From: Oculina patagonica
Taxonomy: Eukaryota
Length of the DNA: 64,000 nucleotides
NCBI RefSeq assembly: GCF_052425735.1
Contig: NC_135761.1
Coordinates: forward strand, 59,210,001-59,274,000
Direction of reading: 5' to 3'
Both the position numbers and the translations under genes were made by a program. The stretch's first letter is position 1, and every line of letters starts with the position of its first letter. Below the pieces are notes generated by a model. The model saw only the letters and a program-made list of their open reading frames with translations. It did no database searches and was not told the origin of the DNA. Shown in pieces: positions 1 to 12,467 of this stretch.

Positions 1-635
1 GTTGGATGCCCCACTGATGTCTAGTAACACCTAACCAGTCTCCGACCAACATTTTCTTAGTTGCTTTCACCTGGTACTAAAGAGTTAAAATTTTCAAACG
101 CTATCGAAGCTGGTCTGATTGTTAGCCCCAAAGAGAAAAGTTATCATTAACTTCAAATGGCCTCAAATAGTCGTTGATCTCTTACTCAAGTAACAGCTCT
201 AATCCGTTTTCCTAGGAAATTTGAGTTCATTTCAACTGCCAAAATTATTGCTGATTGGCCAGCGATAAACCCAACACCTTGTAATTTCATGCATTTCGAA
301 TGTGGGTAAGGCCGGTTGAGAACTAGCAGAAAAATTTACGACGTGCTCGCTGCTTGTCAGTTGTAGTTTTCAAGTGTTTGCTGCTCGCATTTCAAGTGTT
401 TGCTGCTCGCATTTGATCACTGCTCGATCGTGCTCGCAAAAACGCAGTGCTTTACGCTTGCAAATGCTCGCAAAGACCACTCAATATCTCTAAAACTGAA
501 CATGTTTTTTCCATGAGCTCTGTCAGAATGTAGTCGATATTCAAAATGGACATTTAATCTAATATTAAAGATGGGTGCAACATTTGGGAACAGGCGAGTA
601 AAGAAAAGAGATGCACCCGTACAGATAAAGACTGC

Positions 636-1705
636 TATTTAACAATTATTCTTTGGAATCGAGGTGAATAGCGATAGAGGTAGAATATCTGCCGCTATTC
701 CAGATATCCTGGATATTTAACTGTTTTTGACTTCAATGCAGCTCGGAGTTTAACTCAAGATGAAATTCGAAGACTTAAACCACCTGCCACTCCTCCGATT
801 GTCACTCTTAATTTTCTGCCGCTATTCACTGAGATTTTAAAGAATAATTGTTTTAGTATATACACACGAAGTAATCTCAACAACAAGCGATCTCAAAGTT
901 TTCAGAAGGAAACCATTTAAAGTCGATTTAATTGACCTCTCAATTCACGCGTGGAAAACGTACATACAAGCGGCACTAACTGCCATGCGCGAGACAGTCA
1001 ACATAATCTTCAAACATGGCAAATTCAGTTAATCTTCGATAAAATACTCGTCACAATCTAGTAAAACAATCCTTGAAGACAATTCAAACCAGCAATCTGA
1101 ATCAAAAACCTGCTTGCGAAACATTTTGACCGTTGAATCAAAGCTTTTGAAGTTCGCTTGAATTGAAAATTTAAAAAGCAGTTGGCGAAGGATCCACCTG
1201 ATAATACTGTGGTGAAGACTGGATGTTTTCTTCACAAAGACGTTTTCCTGAATATTTGTGGAGGATCTTGGTTGAATAACTCTTGATGTTGTTGTCGATA
1301 AATCTACGGTTTTTATTTCTGCCGATGCCGGGCGAAGAGCGACTTGACGGTAAGCAAATGTCGTTTTACTAGAGTTGTGTGGACATTGTGCTGCAAATTG
1401 CGAAATATGCAGTCTTCTCTTACTTTGAAAACCATCAGGCCAAATTTCGTAGCCTTTTTTGCCTTTTCTGGTACAGCATCTTCTTGTATTCTTAGTATCT
1501 GCGATTTAGAAACGCCGGCGAAACGCGAGTTTACGTAGGCTATTTTGTTTCTGTTTGGATCACGCATTATTCACTCCGAAGGGAGTGATGTAATTATTCA
1601 CATCATTCACTCCGTAGGGAGTGAATAATGCTCATTAGCCCGAGATAGCGAACCAATCAGATTGCTTGAAACACCAAGATCGCTGAGTGTGTATATTCTA
1701 ATAGT
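636..1705 (-). mobile_element. Non-autonomous hairpin-ended element, probably Crypton-derived
   Basis: Left end is an interrupted palindrome (AACAATTATTCTTT..AAAGAATAATTGTT). Internal inverted repeat TAGTATATACACAC (~853) / GTGTGTATATTCTA (~1687). Minus ORF 1313-1567 SRFAGVSKSQILRIQEDAVPEKAKKATKFGLMVFK resembles, from recall, Crypton/DUF3504 N-termini. Confidence 0.45.
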
Positions 1706-4700
1706 ACATTATCCTCCCTGCTCACTCATTAGCATTAATTATTGGGTAGTGACCCCTGACGAGAAAAGCTCGAGAGGGTATGCCGAAAGAACTAAGAGCA
1801 GCAGGGCGAGTGGTGGGTGGGCGCACCATCTATCCCTCATTTTTTATTAATTATTATTCATTTCAGTACACACAAAGAGAAAAACAAAACAAAACAAACA
1901 AAACAAAACAAAACAAAAGATAAAGATACGGTAACAATACTTCTTAAATCATCTATCCCTCGTATTAATTTACTTACTACCTTTACTGACTTACGTACAT
2001 AACATAAGGCCTCCACTTACTTACTATCTTTGGCCAACGTTCGCAACAACTGACAATTCTAATTAATTCCATTTTATTATATAATGCTAATGACGTCACT
2101 GGGGATGCTAATGAACTATGAATAGTACATTATCCTCCCTGCTCACTCATTAGCATTAAGTATTGGGTAGTGACCCCTGACTGCGCCTCTCCACAGACTG
2201 TGCCTTTATCAACCATTCCCTTTCTAACATACCTTCCATATCTTATTCCTTACACGTACCCATTCCTAATCCTATACCAAATCCCATACCTTATCCCATA
2301 CCTCATCCCATACCTAATCCAATGCCTTCTTTCATTTCTTATCCCATACCAATCCCTCAACCCCATTTCTGAATTCGAAGCATCATTATTCTTGCTGTGA
2401 CTAATTAATAACACTACTTGATTTCACACGAAAATAGCCAAATTACAAAACTACGTAAGTTTTCTCTAGGGTAATAATAGGCTATAATATCCGGTTTATT
2501 AAAACGACGCTGAGGTCCAAACAAAGCAAGCCAGGATAACGCTTATACCACCCGACCCCACCACTTGATTCGACGTAATACAATGTAAGCGGTGTCCACG
2601 CGATTTACGTTCCTCCAACCAACATGGGTCATAACGGATTCTAAAGTTACACGAATGAGATGTTAAATCACCCGCCGTTTTCTAAAATTTCCAAGAAGTT
2701 GCTGCGCGTCAAAAGACAAACTGCAGCTGGCCTGAGCTGACACGGAGTCGGCGAGAATTTAATACTAACGTCACATAGTGTTAAAATGCTTCAGTTCCCA
2801 TAATCGATCGGGCGTCAAGCTAGGTTTATTTTGGCGCGAAAAGTAAACAGTCCCGTACTATTCCTAAAACATTGTCCGCGATTGTTTACGCGATCTTCTT
2901 TTCCGAGAGGGAAGGTTCCCGGCCCACTAGCCCGCAACAAAAAGAGTTAACCGTTAAATCTTAAACCAAAATGTAAGTGGTATTGGTGACTTAAGCCTTC
3001 TTAAGGTCTCTTACTAGCGCTGCTACCTTTGTTAGCAATCAGGGCTCTGCTTCAATGAGGGAGCACTCCCGGCCAAAAGAAACCATTCTCGCACAGCCGC
3101 TGAATAAAACTTAGCTCCGTTAAGCTGTCAGATTATTGTAATCTGTTAATACAATGTCACTGAGAGTACCATTACAGTTGGTAAGTAAAATTGAGGCTAA
3201 TCGCAGAGCCGGTCCACTCTTTCGTAAATCCAGGATCGTGAAATCACCTTTATTTGGATTTGTAACTGGCAAACGCAACTTAACATACACGTCAGTTGAC
3301 AACATTCGTAGAAGGAACTGTTGTTATGTTCTAACCGGCGTTGCCAACCCAATCTCCCGCACGAAATTGTAGACAGTCTACAATGGTAACTCCAGACAGA
3401 TAATGTACACCGTCTACATTATTAGATTTCTGAGAAAAGACTGGAAGCGAATTCGCGGGATTCGCGCGGGGTTTTCTTTGCGTGTACAAAATGGCGGATG
3501 TTCGAGATCAACTGAGCGCTGTCACTGACGAAGCTAAGGAAGCTCTTGCCTCTCTAGAGTCGTCAGTGAAAGGTGGTGGAACGAAAAAGAAGGGTAAAAA
3601 ACGTCGAGTTGATATTCTGTATGACTCCTCCGGTTCACGTATTATAAAAAACCCAAGGAGAGCTTCTATAAAGATGGCTGAATCGCCAAATGAATCCACG
3701 TCCTCGACGAGATCAAACGGTGAGTACCAGTGGATACAGATGAATATTTGGATGGCTATGATTCAGTGTTGAATACTTGTTAAGTTTTCAAAGCTTGTGT
3801 TGTAGTTGGTGCCTCCAGTAGTCATGATAGCGACTTAGTGAGTGTCACTGCAGTGGATTCCATTCAAAGTGAAAGTGTGCCTGATGCAGATGATGATGCT
3901 GTTGATCTAGCTGTAGAGGTGGAATTTGACAGTGAAGAAAACGGTAAGTAAATCATTTCTTTAGGATTTTGAATTGTTAACATTTCCGAAACATTTTAGA
4001 CCATTGACTTAACTGCAGGCCAGCTTGTAGTCTAAAATTCATTTACTTATATTTCTTCAATTTATTCTTCTACAAAACAATGTTATCTGCACTTTTTCTT
4101 CTTTTATCGAAATTTTGTTTCTAAGATCCTGCCACGGCCTTTGTCATGACTCCTACAGACTGTCTGGTAATGACAACACTGCACAGTTAAAATTAGTGAT
4201 TATTGTTAATTGTGTTTTAATTGATAAGTAATCTGCAGTTATACACATGTCCTTATCACAGGTTAAAATTAACACGATCGACATCACTTATCAATTTGTT
4301 TGTCTATCTCTAGACTTCATGTTACAAGAGGCATTTGCCGATGCTGAAAAGCTAATTGAAGCTAATGTGGAGGCTACACAAATGACCTGGCAAACAAGGC
4401 AGACACGCCTTGAAACAAACTGGGAAGGCTTCAGGGCAAACCTTGCATATTATGCTATTTGCCAAGAAGCCTTAACCTTTCCACAACACTGCTCAAAGTG
4501 TTCTGAGGAATTAGAGCAGTGTGTTGTCCGTTGTCTGGATTGTGGCCCTGGTGTCTTGTTCTGTTCGGAGTGTGACATGCAAGCCCATGATCACTATCCA
4601 ATTCATGACAGAGAAGCATGGAATGGAAATTTTTTCAGACCCATTTTGCCAACTGAAGGTGTTGACTCTCAGGGAAAACTTATTTCTGTTGGTAAGTAAT

Positions 4701-6861
4701 GCCACAATGTTAATGTTTTATCTTTTTATTCACAATGATATAAACGTTGACATTTTAAAAATAAACTATATATGTATTGTACAGAGGCCCTGCCAGGGGA
4801 GGTTCCCATGTCACTTGTGTAAATTTAAAAATGTGCCATGTCGCTAGTTTATCAAACTTTGTGTCGCTTTCAGTGGTAAAATTGAAGGAAAATTACTTGT
4901 CGTTGTCGGAATTTAAGTTTTACCAAAAGGGTTGTCGTTTGTTGCGATTTGCTGTCGCGACTGAAAATGATTCTCCTAAGTACGTATGGTAACCTCTTAA
5001 TGTAATGGCTGATGTACATACAACAATCCTCCAAGTTAATTTTTTCCTTAGTGGCCATTTTGCCACCAGCTGCTCAGTTTGGTCACCAGTGAGAAATGTT
5101 AGTCGCTAAATTAAGCTCACGCTCTTAATGCTTCTCCTTAATTTTAGTTGCCAGGCTGCCGACTTTGGTTGCAATTTAGCCGCCAGCTCCAAAATTTTAA
5201 TCGCCATGTCAACTAAAAAGGGTCTTAACTTGAAGGGTTGTATAATAATTATTTTGTTGTTGATCAAGGGTAAGGTACATGATCAAGGTATTAGTTTACA
5301 CAGCCTACCTGATTAATAAATAAATATAATACATATCTTCTTTTGTTTTATGTTGTAGCTCGTTTTGTTCCATGCAGTGCTGATGCATTCTGTTGTTTTA
5401 AGTGCAAGGGCTCAGTGAAGGCCATACCTTCACAATCCAAGTGCATTTTGATAAATCTTAAAGGTCAGTCAATTTTTACGTGAAAGGTTGACTTGCAGAG
5501 TAGCCCCAGGGATTTGTTGCATCAATTTTGTTATGTTTGGTTATTGAGGACATTCAAGATTGTTTTGATGTCATGTTGATCCACATGTTCCAGGACCCCA
5601 CACATATTCAAAAAGTTGCACTCACCACACTGACCAGTCACGTGGACACACAAGTCTCCTTTAGAGTTGAAGGAAAATGCAGTGATTATATGAACAGTTC
5701 AGTTTTGTTCCATTTCAATGGTGTTAATTTGTGTTCAAGGAAATATCAATGTCCACCCCAAGGATGGTTAATTTTTTAATTTTTAGGGGGGATGCAATTT
5801 TGGGTTTCTCATCACAAAATGTGCATATGTAATTTGTAAAAAGCTAAACTGGGAATTACAGGGGGTAAGGGTTCAAATGAGAATCTTTTCTTTGAGGGTA
5901 TGATTATGATTATTTTTGTTGTTATTTTTGTAATTGTTATGATATATTGCCTTTGTAATGTTATATTGTTTTTTTTTTTCATCAGGACGATTTGACCTGC
6001 ATATGCCACAGATGTTCTGTGCCTCTTGTAATGTTGCAAGTGAGGTATCACTTGTTCATTTAGGATATTGGCCAGGCAGTCCCACCAATGCCTCATATTT
6101 TTTTGACCATGCTGTGTTTCAGTTTTGGGACATCATGCAAAAAAATATGCCAGGTTCATCTTCAAGTGCATTTGTAAAGACATTGGCTCAGATTTCAGAA
6201 AAGAAAGGCAGAGTAAGGGGTGTTTAATGTGAACTTAAATTATACTTTTTGGTGTTAATTACTACCGGTTACTACTACTTTTGACATAACCTTACTTTAC
6301 TTAACTAGTTTGGAATTTCTTTGTTACAGTCAGGCACAATCACCCCTGCCACATTTTCTAAAGCCTTTCAGGAATGGCGATATTGCCAGTTTGACCTAAG
6401 TCGAGAGAAGCGGGCACAGACTGCATGATTTGTCCATGCTGCTCGAAAGGTCAATTGGCTTGTCACATGGATGGCAACAGAAAGACATATCGCTGGAAAA
6501 AAGTAAATGCGTAAGTTGTAATCTTTGCATAAGCCTGGAATTCCATGGCTGCCTAGAATTTTATGTACACATTTTTTTTTTGTGTCAGCCTTTTGTGTCA
6601 TGTCTTTGTGTAGTCTTTATTTTGAGGAAATTTGTAAGCTTGTAGTTTGCATGTATTTTAATATTACTTTTAGTAGTTTCCATATTTACTATTACATATT
6701 GTTGTTGTGTTACAGTGGATCCCTTGAATCTTACTATGCTGACACATTCTTTTGTGATGACAAGAAGGTTAAAGATTCTTTGGAACAAACATACAAGCAT
6801 AAATCTGCCAAGGTATACAACATAAGTACTTAATTCTTCATTTGTATTAATGTAGTAAAAT

Positions 6862-7084
6862 CAGGCTTTTAGCCAGGATTTAAAAAGTGTGATTCAAAAA
6901 ATTTTATAAGGCCTGACCCCCATAGGAGGGCCTGAGGAGCATGCATGGTGTTTTTCTGTAGTTATTTTTGCAATGGTCTCTTAAGGTATCTAAAAAAACC
7001 TCTGTATACAATAATTCTTTTATTTTTTTTCCTGAAAAGTGGCCGTCCATAGGACTCCTGGACTCCCAGCTGGCTAAAAGCCTG
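6862..7084. mobile_element. hAT-type MITE in KDZ intron 7
   Basis: 15-bp TIR CAGGCTTTTAGCCAG / CTGGCTAAAAGCCTG with a perfect 8-bp TSD AGTAAAAT (6854-6861, 7085-7092). Confidence 0.85.
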
Positions 7085-7514
7085 AGTAAAATCAGTTTTT
7101 TTTTTTAAGTTTATAATATTGAACTTATTATTATGATTCAGTCTAAGCATTAGATTACAGTAACAAATGTTAATACAGTACTCATGTGGTACTTTTCTTA
7201 AGGGGTTATTAAATGGATACTTTTTCTGTTTTCTAAGGTAAATGGCCAAGACTCATGTGGTCAAGTGCATTGGCAGGCTGCCAAAACAAAAGCCAAATCC
7301 TTACAGAAGCTTGATGAGACTGGAGTAATGGTGGCTGGCTGTCGACATGCTTTGATGCAAAAGGCAGTTGACATGTGGACTGGGGAAATGTATGGAGCCC
7401 TATGGATTTTACCTCCAGGTAAGAGTACTGTTTAAGAGATATAAGGTATTACAATAGTCGAAGTATACAGTACAGGAGTCTTGCCTCATGCTATATATAT
7501 ATATATTTATATAT

Positions 7515-7766
7515 AAACAGTACTGTCTGCAGTTAGATATAGCTCTTTGGCATACAAAGCTTTGCTTTTATGTCCAAATTGAGCACTCTACTAGGATGAG
7601 TCATCGCCGCTAGCATTGCGCATGCTCACTAGTTTTGCTAGTTTGAGCACTCTGGCATGGCTTAGATGGTACCACAAGCGTGGGATCATTTGGGGTGGCT
7701 ATATAGCTTAACCTCCATCCTAGTCTCAGCACTGCACTGATGAGGCCCAGAAGGCCGAAACAGTAC
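7515..7766 (+). ncRNA. Retrozyme monomer (243-nt unit) with a circularly permuted type I hammerhead ribozyme
   Basis: 5' half CTGCA-CTGATGA-GGCC-CAGAA-GGCC-GAAAC-AGTAC at 7732-7766. 3' half AAACAGTACT-GTC-TGCAG at 7515-7532. The overlap AAACAGTAC recurs at 243-nt spacing. Confidence 0.85.
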
Positions 7767-10700
7767 CTAATATACTGTTTATGGTTGTGTTGTATGTGTT
7801 TGTTTTTGACTCATTAATTTCAGTTACATAATGCAGTGGGAACATTCTTTTCTTTTTTTTATCTGTGTTTACATGCCAAGCTTAAGGGATTGATCTCTTA
7901 TTATTATCATAAGCATTCTTTTTATATATTTTTTTTCCAATCCTGTTGTTTTGTGCATAATCACAGAAATACGTGCTTCCCTCTTCTGGTGTAAAGTTTC
8001 TGTTCTATGATGTCATTTGCAAATACTGGCCTTGGATGCAGAAAGTGTGCCAGAGTCTTAACCAAACAGCAGATACATCTATGATTCCAGCTTTGGGTCA
8101 GATGCATGGGAAGTTGCACAAGTCGACTTGTAGAGTAAGTCTTTATGGTGTCTAAGACCAAGCATACTGGGTGTCATTGCGATTAGCCTATATTGCTACA
8201 CAAGAGTCTACCTTGTAAGCAATGTATGTGAAAGTGACTTTTTACTATTGAACCCAAGGTACTGTTTGGGAGCCAATGGCAGGATGGGGCAGGGCTAACC
8301 ACAGGTGAAGAAATGGAAACAGCTTTCCAATACTTGTCAAGGTGCGGTTCAACCACAAAGAACATGTCAAGGGCAGGTTGGTGTATAATTTATTTCACTT
8401 ATCTGTGACCAGAATAAAACAGCTATGGTTTATATTATGTTCTTGTGGTGTACCAGAACATTATTTGCTCAATTAAATATAAACAAACTAATTGTTCTTT
8501 AAAAACTTTGATTTCATTTTAGGACGTATGGAGCATTTGACAGAACATGTCCTGTTCTGGAATGAAAGAAAGATACTGTCCTTGCCTAAATACTTATCAT
8601 TACGTTATGTGAAGGTTTGCTTTTGTTTTTTTCTACACTACACTTGTAAGGTCACTATGTGCCCACCATCCTGGCCCAAAGTTTTGGCCGCATGCAGTTA
8701 CATTGCAATTTACCAAACTGAAATATAGTAAATAAGAACAGTACCCTGCTTAAGATTCATTCATCCTCAAATAACAAATGTCGAGGCAAAATTAGTGTGG
8801 GGGTACTAATGTGTAGTTTGCAGGTCTGAAATCGTCAACACTGCAAACATTATGAGCCCGTCAGTAGTTCCTTTTTGTTCTTTTGTTCTGTCGTTCCTTA
8901 ATTAATGTGTTCACTCACTCAGTTTTTTGTTTTTTTATTAACAGTTCAGGTGTTCATATATATTTAACAATATTTTTACTCCCTATGGTTTTCCTTTGTA
9001 GATCCTTAGAGAAATCGAAACTCAAAGTGATGAACTCGTCAAAACCGGAGTCACAGAAACAGTGCTTAAAGGGTGGAAAAACGAGATAATCAGAGCAGCA
9101 CAAGGTATGTATATGTTGTTTAAAGTCATGTTTGTTTATGTAGTGGTTGATTCATTTATGAATTCATTATTTGTGTGTTTTTAATGTTTAACATTTTTTA
9201 ATTATACATTCGCAAATTGAAAATGGCCTTTTTTCAGTTCATAGTCAGTTCAGCGTATTCAAAGGACAAATTTCAGCCTTCATTTCAGTCGTGACTCATA
9301 AGTGCAAAGCATTCTCCTGGCAAATTTTGGGCTTCATTTCGGCCAAACGTTAAACTCACTTATATTATAATATTTTTTTTAGATGAAGAAGCTTCCAGTT
9401 CTGGTGCGAGTGACAATGAGAGGGCGGAGTACTTCAGACTTTCCCAAGAAATCAAGGAGACTGAAGCACTGGAGCAGTTCAGTGCCATTTCTAGTCACTC
9501 CATTTCAGTTTTGGTTGGCAACTCATCGTTCTTCAAGCAGGCCAATCAACTCCTGGAAGACCTTGACAAGAAAAAACTCCGGCTTGCAACTCTAAGGAGT
9601 AAATTGTTACAAGACGGTGTGGATGAAGGACTGTTGGAGAGTGCTGGTCTTAGTCACTTGCAGAGTCAGTGGCGCAGACCATCCGCGATAAGATCGTGTG
9701 CTCCATGTCTTTGATAAGACAACGTCAGGAGATGATAAACAAGGAGGCAGGTTGGTGGATGATCGAGTGGTGACATGAATACTAATTTTTAACTATGACT
9801 TTTTAATTATGAAGTACTACTGAGATATACGATTCAATCTTGTTCCTTAATTTCAGCTTACTCAAAACAGCGCTCTAAACTAAGAAAAAAGAATGACGCA
9901 GAAAAGAAAGCTGTAATGTGGGAACGCGCCACATGGGCGAGAAACAAAGGCAAACGAGTGGGCGTGAAAAAACCCTAACCGAGAACTGTAGACACCCAAG
10001 CAAAAGCCTACAGTGGCGCTCAGCCGAAAAAATATGACAGTGCAAAAATTACCTCCAAACCTTCCTTCTTCAGAGGCTTGGCGGGTTCTTGGGGCGTCAA
10101 AGCAGAACTTGTATTGGTATCCAGCAAAGACGGCTGCGAAGCCGAAAAAAGACTTACAACAACCAGAGTTAACGCGTTAACGGCCGACGATACAGGAACC
10201 GGTGCAGAGACAGAAGCTGGAGGAACTTGAGTTGTCACAGATGGCTAAACTAAAAATAGTTGAGGCCGGATCCTGTCGTCCACGCTAGTCGGGAGCAGCA
10301 TTTCGAAAACTGCGCTTAGTCTATCCATGGCCAACGTTCGCAACAACTGACAATTCTAATTAATTCCATTTTATTATACAATGCTAATGACGTCATTGGG
10401 GATGCTAATGAACTATGAATAGTGTTTATTTGCATACATCGAAAACGAATCAATTTGCACATCACTTTAGGCAGGAAAATGCACGAGGAACACTAAGAAA
10501 AAGACACCCGTCTGGTACTTCTGTTTGATAGCTGATGACTTCACGAGCAACTGCACTTATCCTCTAGATCAAGAAGTAAGTAGTTCCGATCTAAAGAGAA
10601 ATTAATTTTGACACTTGATTTGACCCCTATTTTCATGGCAGCGCGGTCTACGAAACTTAAATGGCTTGAATACTATTTCTTAAAAATATATTGGTCCAAA

Positions 10701-12467
10701 ATAAATAGTAAATATTCCGGAGGTAAAGTAATTTCCTTTGAAAAGTGGTAGTTTCATTCAGCAACTGTCCGCCATGTTTCCTTGCCTGGATGATATAGAC
10801 GGCCTGGCTTGGTGGCCAAGCCTTAAAATGCTATTGTCACCCTTCGCGGGATAAAAATAATATAACATTTAGAAGAATATTTATGAGCTAAAATCATCAG
10901 GGTCAACAGAAGAAGCAACATGCAAGATATTTCGCAGCGTTTCTGAAGGGCTATTGCCCTAATCAGCCGTCATTTCCAAAACAGTTTTATGGAGGTTTTA
11001 TGCCTAGCTATGTTATTTGTCTTCAGTTAATTGTTGTTAAGTGACCAATCACATGCACTTGCACTGCACTGGATGCCATTTCAATATGTGTGTTGGTCAA
11101 GCAGATTTAAGAACAGCAACTTTAAGAACTGTGTATATTACACTCGATGGCTTGCATAGAGATATCCTGAAAATATAACTGTTTTTGACTTCCTTGCAGT
11201 TCCGGTCGGCGTTAGATGTGATTTAAAGGTTTAAACCACCGCCCTTTCTCCCATTTTCGCTCTTAACTCTCAGCGCGGCAGCAATTTAGACAACCAGTGA
11301 CGTCACAAGGTTGTTTTAGCCGCGCCAAGATGGTCATTAATTTTGGGCCCAATCAGCCAACTTCTAAAATTTCGACAGTGGCACTTTTCTCTTACGTCTG
11401 GACAAAAATAATGAGATTGAGGGCTAATGGATCTCGAAAATTTACAACTGACCAACTGCAATGACTCTGGCATTTGGCAAATGTTCTGATAATTAAAAAC
11501 GCGGAAAACGGATTAACCCAACAACAACAAGCTTGTAAAATAATAGATCTGCGACTACGTAAAGCTGACGATAACTTGCAGGGTCCATAGCTAGCAAGAG
11601 ACAACACGAGGCAATTGCCTCGTCTAGATTTTAACCCATGCAAAATTAAAACCAAAATACTCTTAGATGGGAACATTATCATTAGTTGAACGAGATTGCC
11701 TTTTCTGCTAAAAATAGCGTTTCAGAACTTCTAGATTTTAAAACTTTCTGGGGGATATACCTCCAAGCCCCTAGCAACTTGTACCTTTAGCGATCGCAGA
11801 TCTTGCCTCGTCTGTGCCAAACGTCTGGCGAAAGTCAATTTCAATGGCGTTGACAATTTTAACTCTTCAGTATAAGATGATAGCAAATAAGAGAATGCTG
11901 GTCTGAGACAGGGTAAGGGTTAAATTCCACAGCGGGGGTACACCACCCAAACATTTTTACGTAACGCCAGGGTTTATCCCTAGGATATCCCACTTTCAAC
12001 TTAAGGACGATGTGTAATTGGCGTCACTAAAATTATTGGAACATGACAATAATGTCAAATGCCCTCCAAGTTGTTTTTAATCAATGATTGCTTTTATTTT
12101 GAACGTTCTTGAAATTAGGTGCCTCGTTTCCCTCAGAAGTACATGCAAAATCATACACCACCGCACCAGGGGGGAGGGGATGGACTCCCCTGGTACCACG
12201 GTGGACGCCCCCCGCTGTAAGTCCAAGGGTTAAGGTTCGTAATCAGTGTCAAAACACACAGTGTCAATCAGTGTACACTTTTTCAAGTATTAGTTTATAA
12301 GTACTCTAAGCCGCTCCATCGATTCACGAGTACAGAACTTCATAACTAACCCTCACTCTACATCGGGTAAGATTGGCACAGTTCTTGAACAATTAAGATC
12401 ACAGAAATAGAAGTGTTTCCCCGAGACAAAAAACAATGCGACGAATAGCAGCTATGTTATGCCTGTT

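Larger units (their letters stand above)
3491..9978 (+). pseudogene. Intron-rich KDZ (Kyakuja-Dileera-Zisupton)-type transposase with Cys-cluster domains; frameshifted and 3' truncated
   Basis: GT-AG exons: 3491-3719, 3806-3943, 4314-4691, 5359-5463, 5986-6212, 6330-6510, 6716-6812, 7238-7418, 7967-8134, 8259-8376, 8523-8614, 9002-9104, 9383-9750, 9857-~9917 (stop at 9978). Motifs GYWPGSP, CPCC..HMDGNRK, LDETGVMVAGCRH, FYDVICKYW, MHGKLHKSTC, GAGLTTGEEMET. Frameshifts at ~6411, ~7400 and ~9668. Confidence 0.85.
1700..10423 (-). mobile_element. Split-direct-repeat (PAT/Ngaro-like, DIRS order) non-autonomous YR retroelement with internal cargo
   Basis: Repeat A at 1700-1760 and 2121-2181 (1 mismatch). 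Repeat B at 2031-2126 and 10328-10423 (2 mismatches). B and A overlap at AATAGT, which is also present at both element ends. Minus-strand remnant LESVMTHVGW near 2615-2645 resembles a YR C-terminal box. A minus-strand ATG abuts repeat B at ~10328. Confidence 0.7.

Noticed and set aside
2170-2400. IPYL-repeat ORF
   Set aside because: 12-bp simple repeat (ATCCCATACCT-like) in the non-coding end of the split-repeat element.
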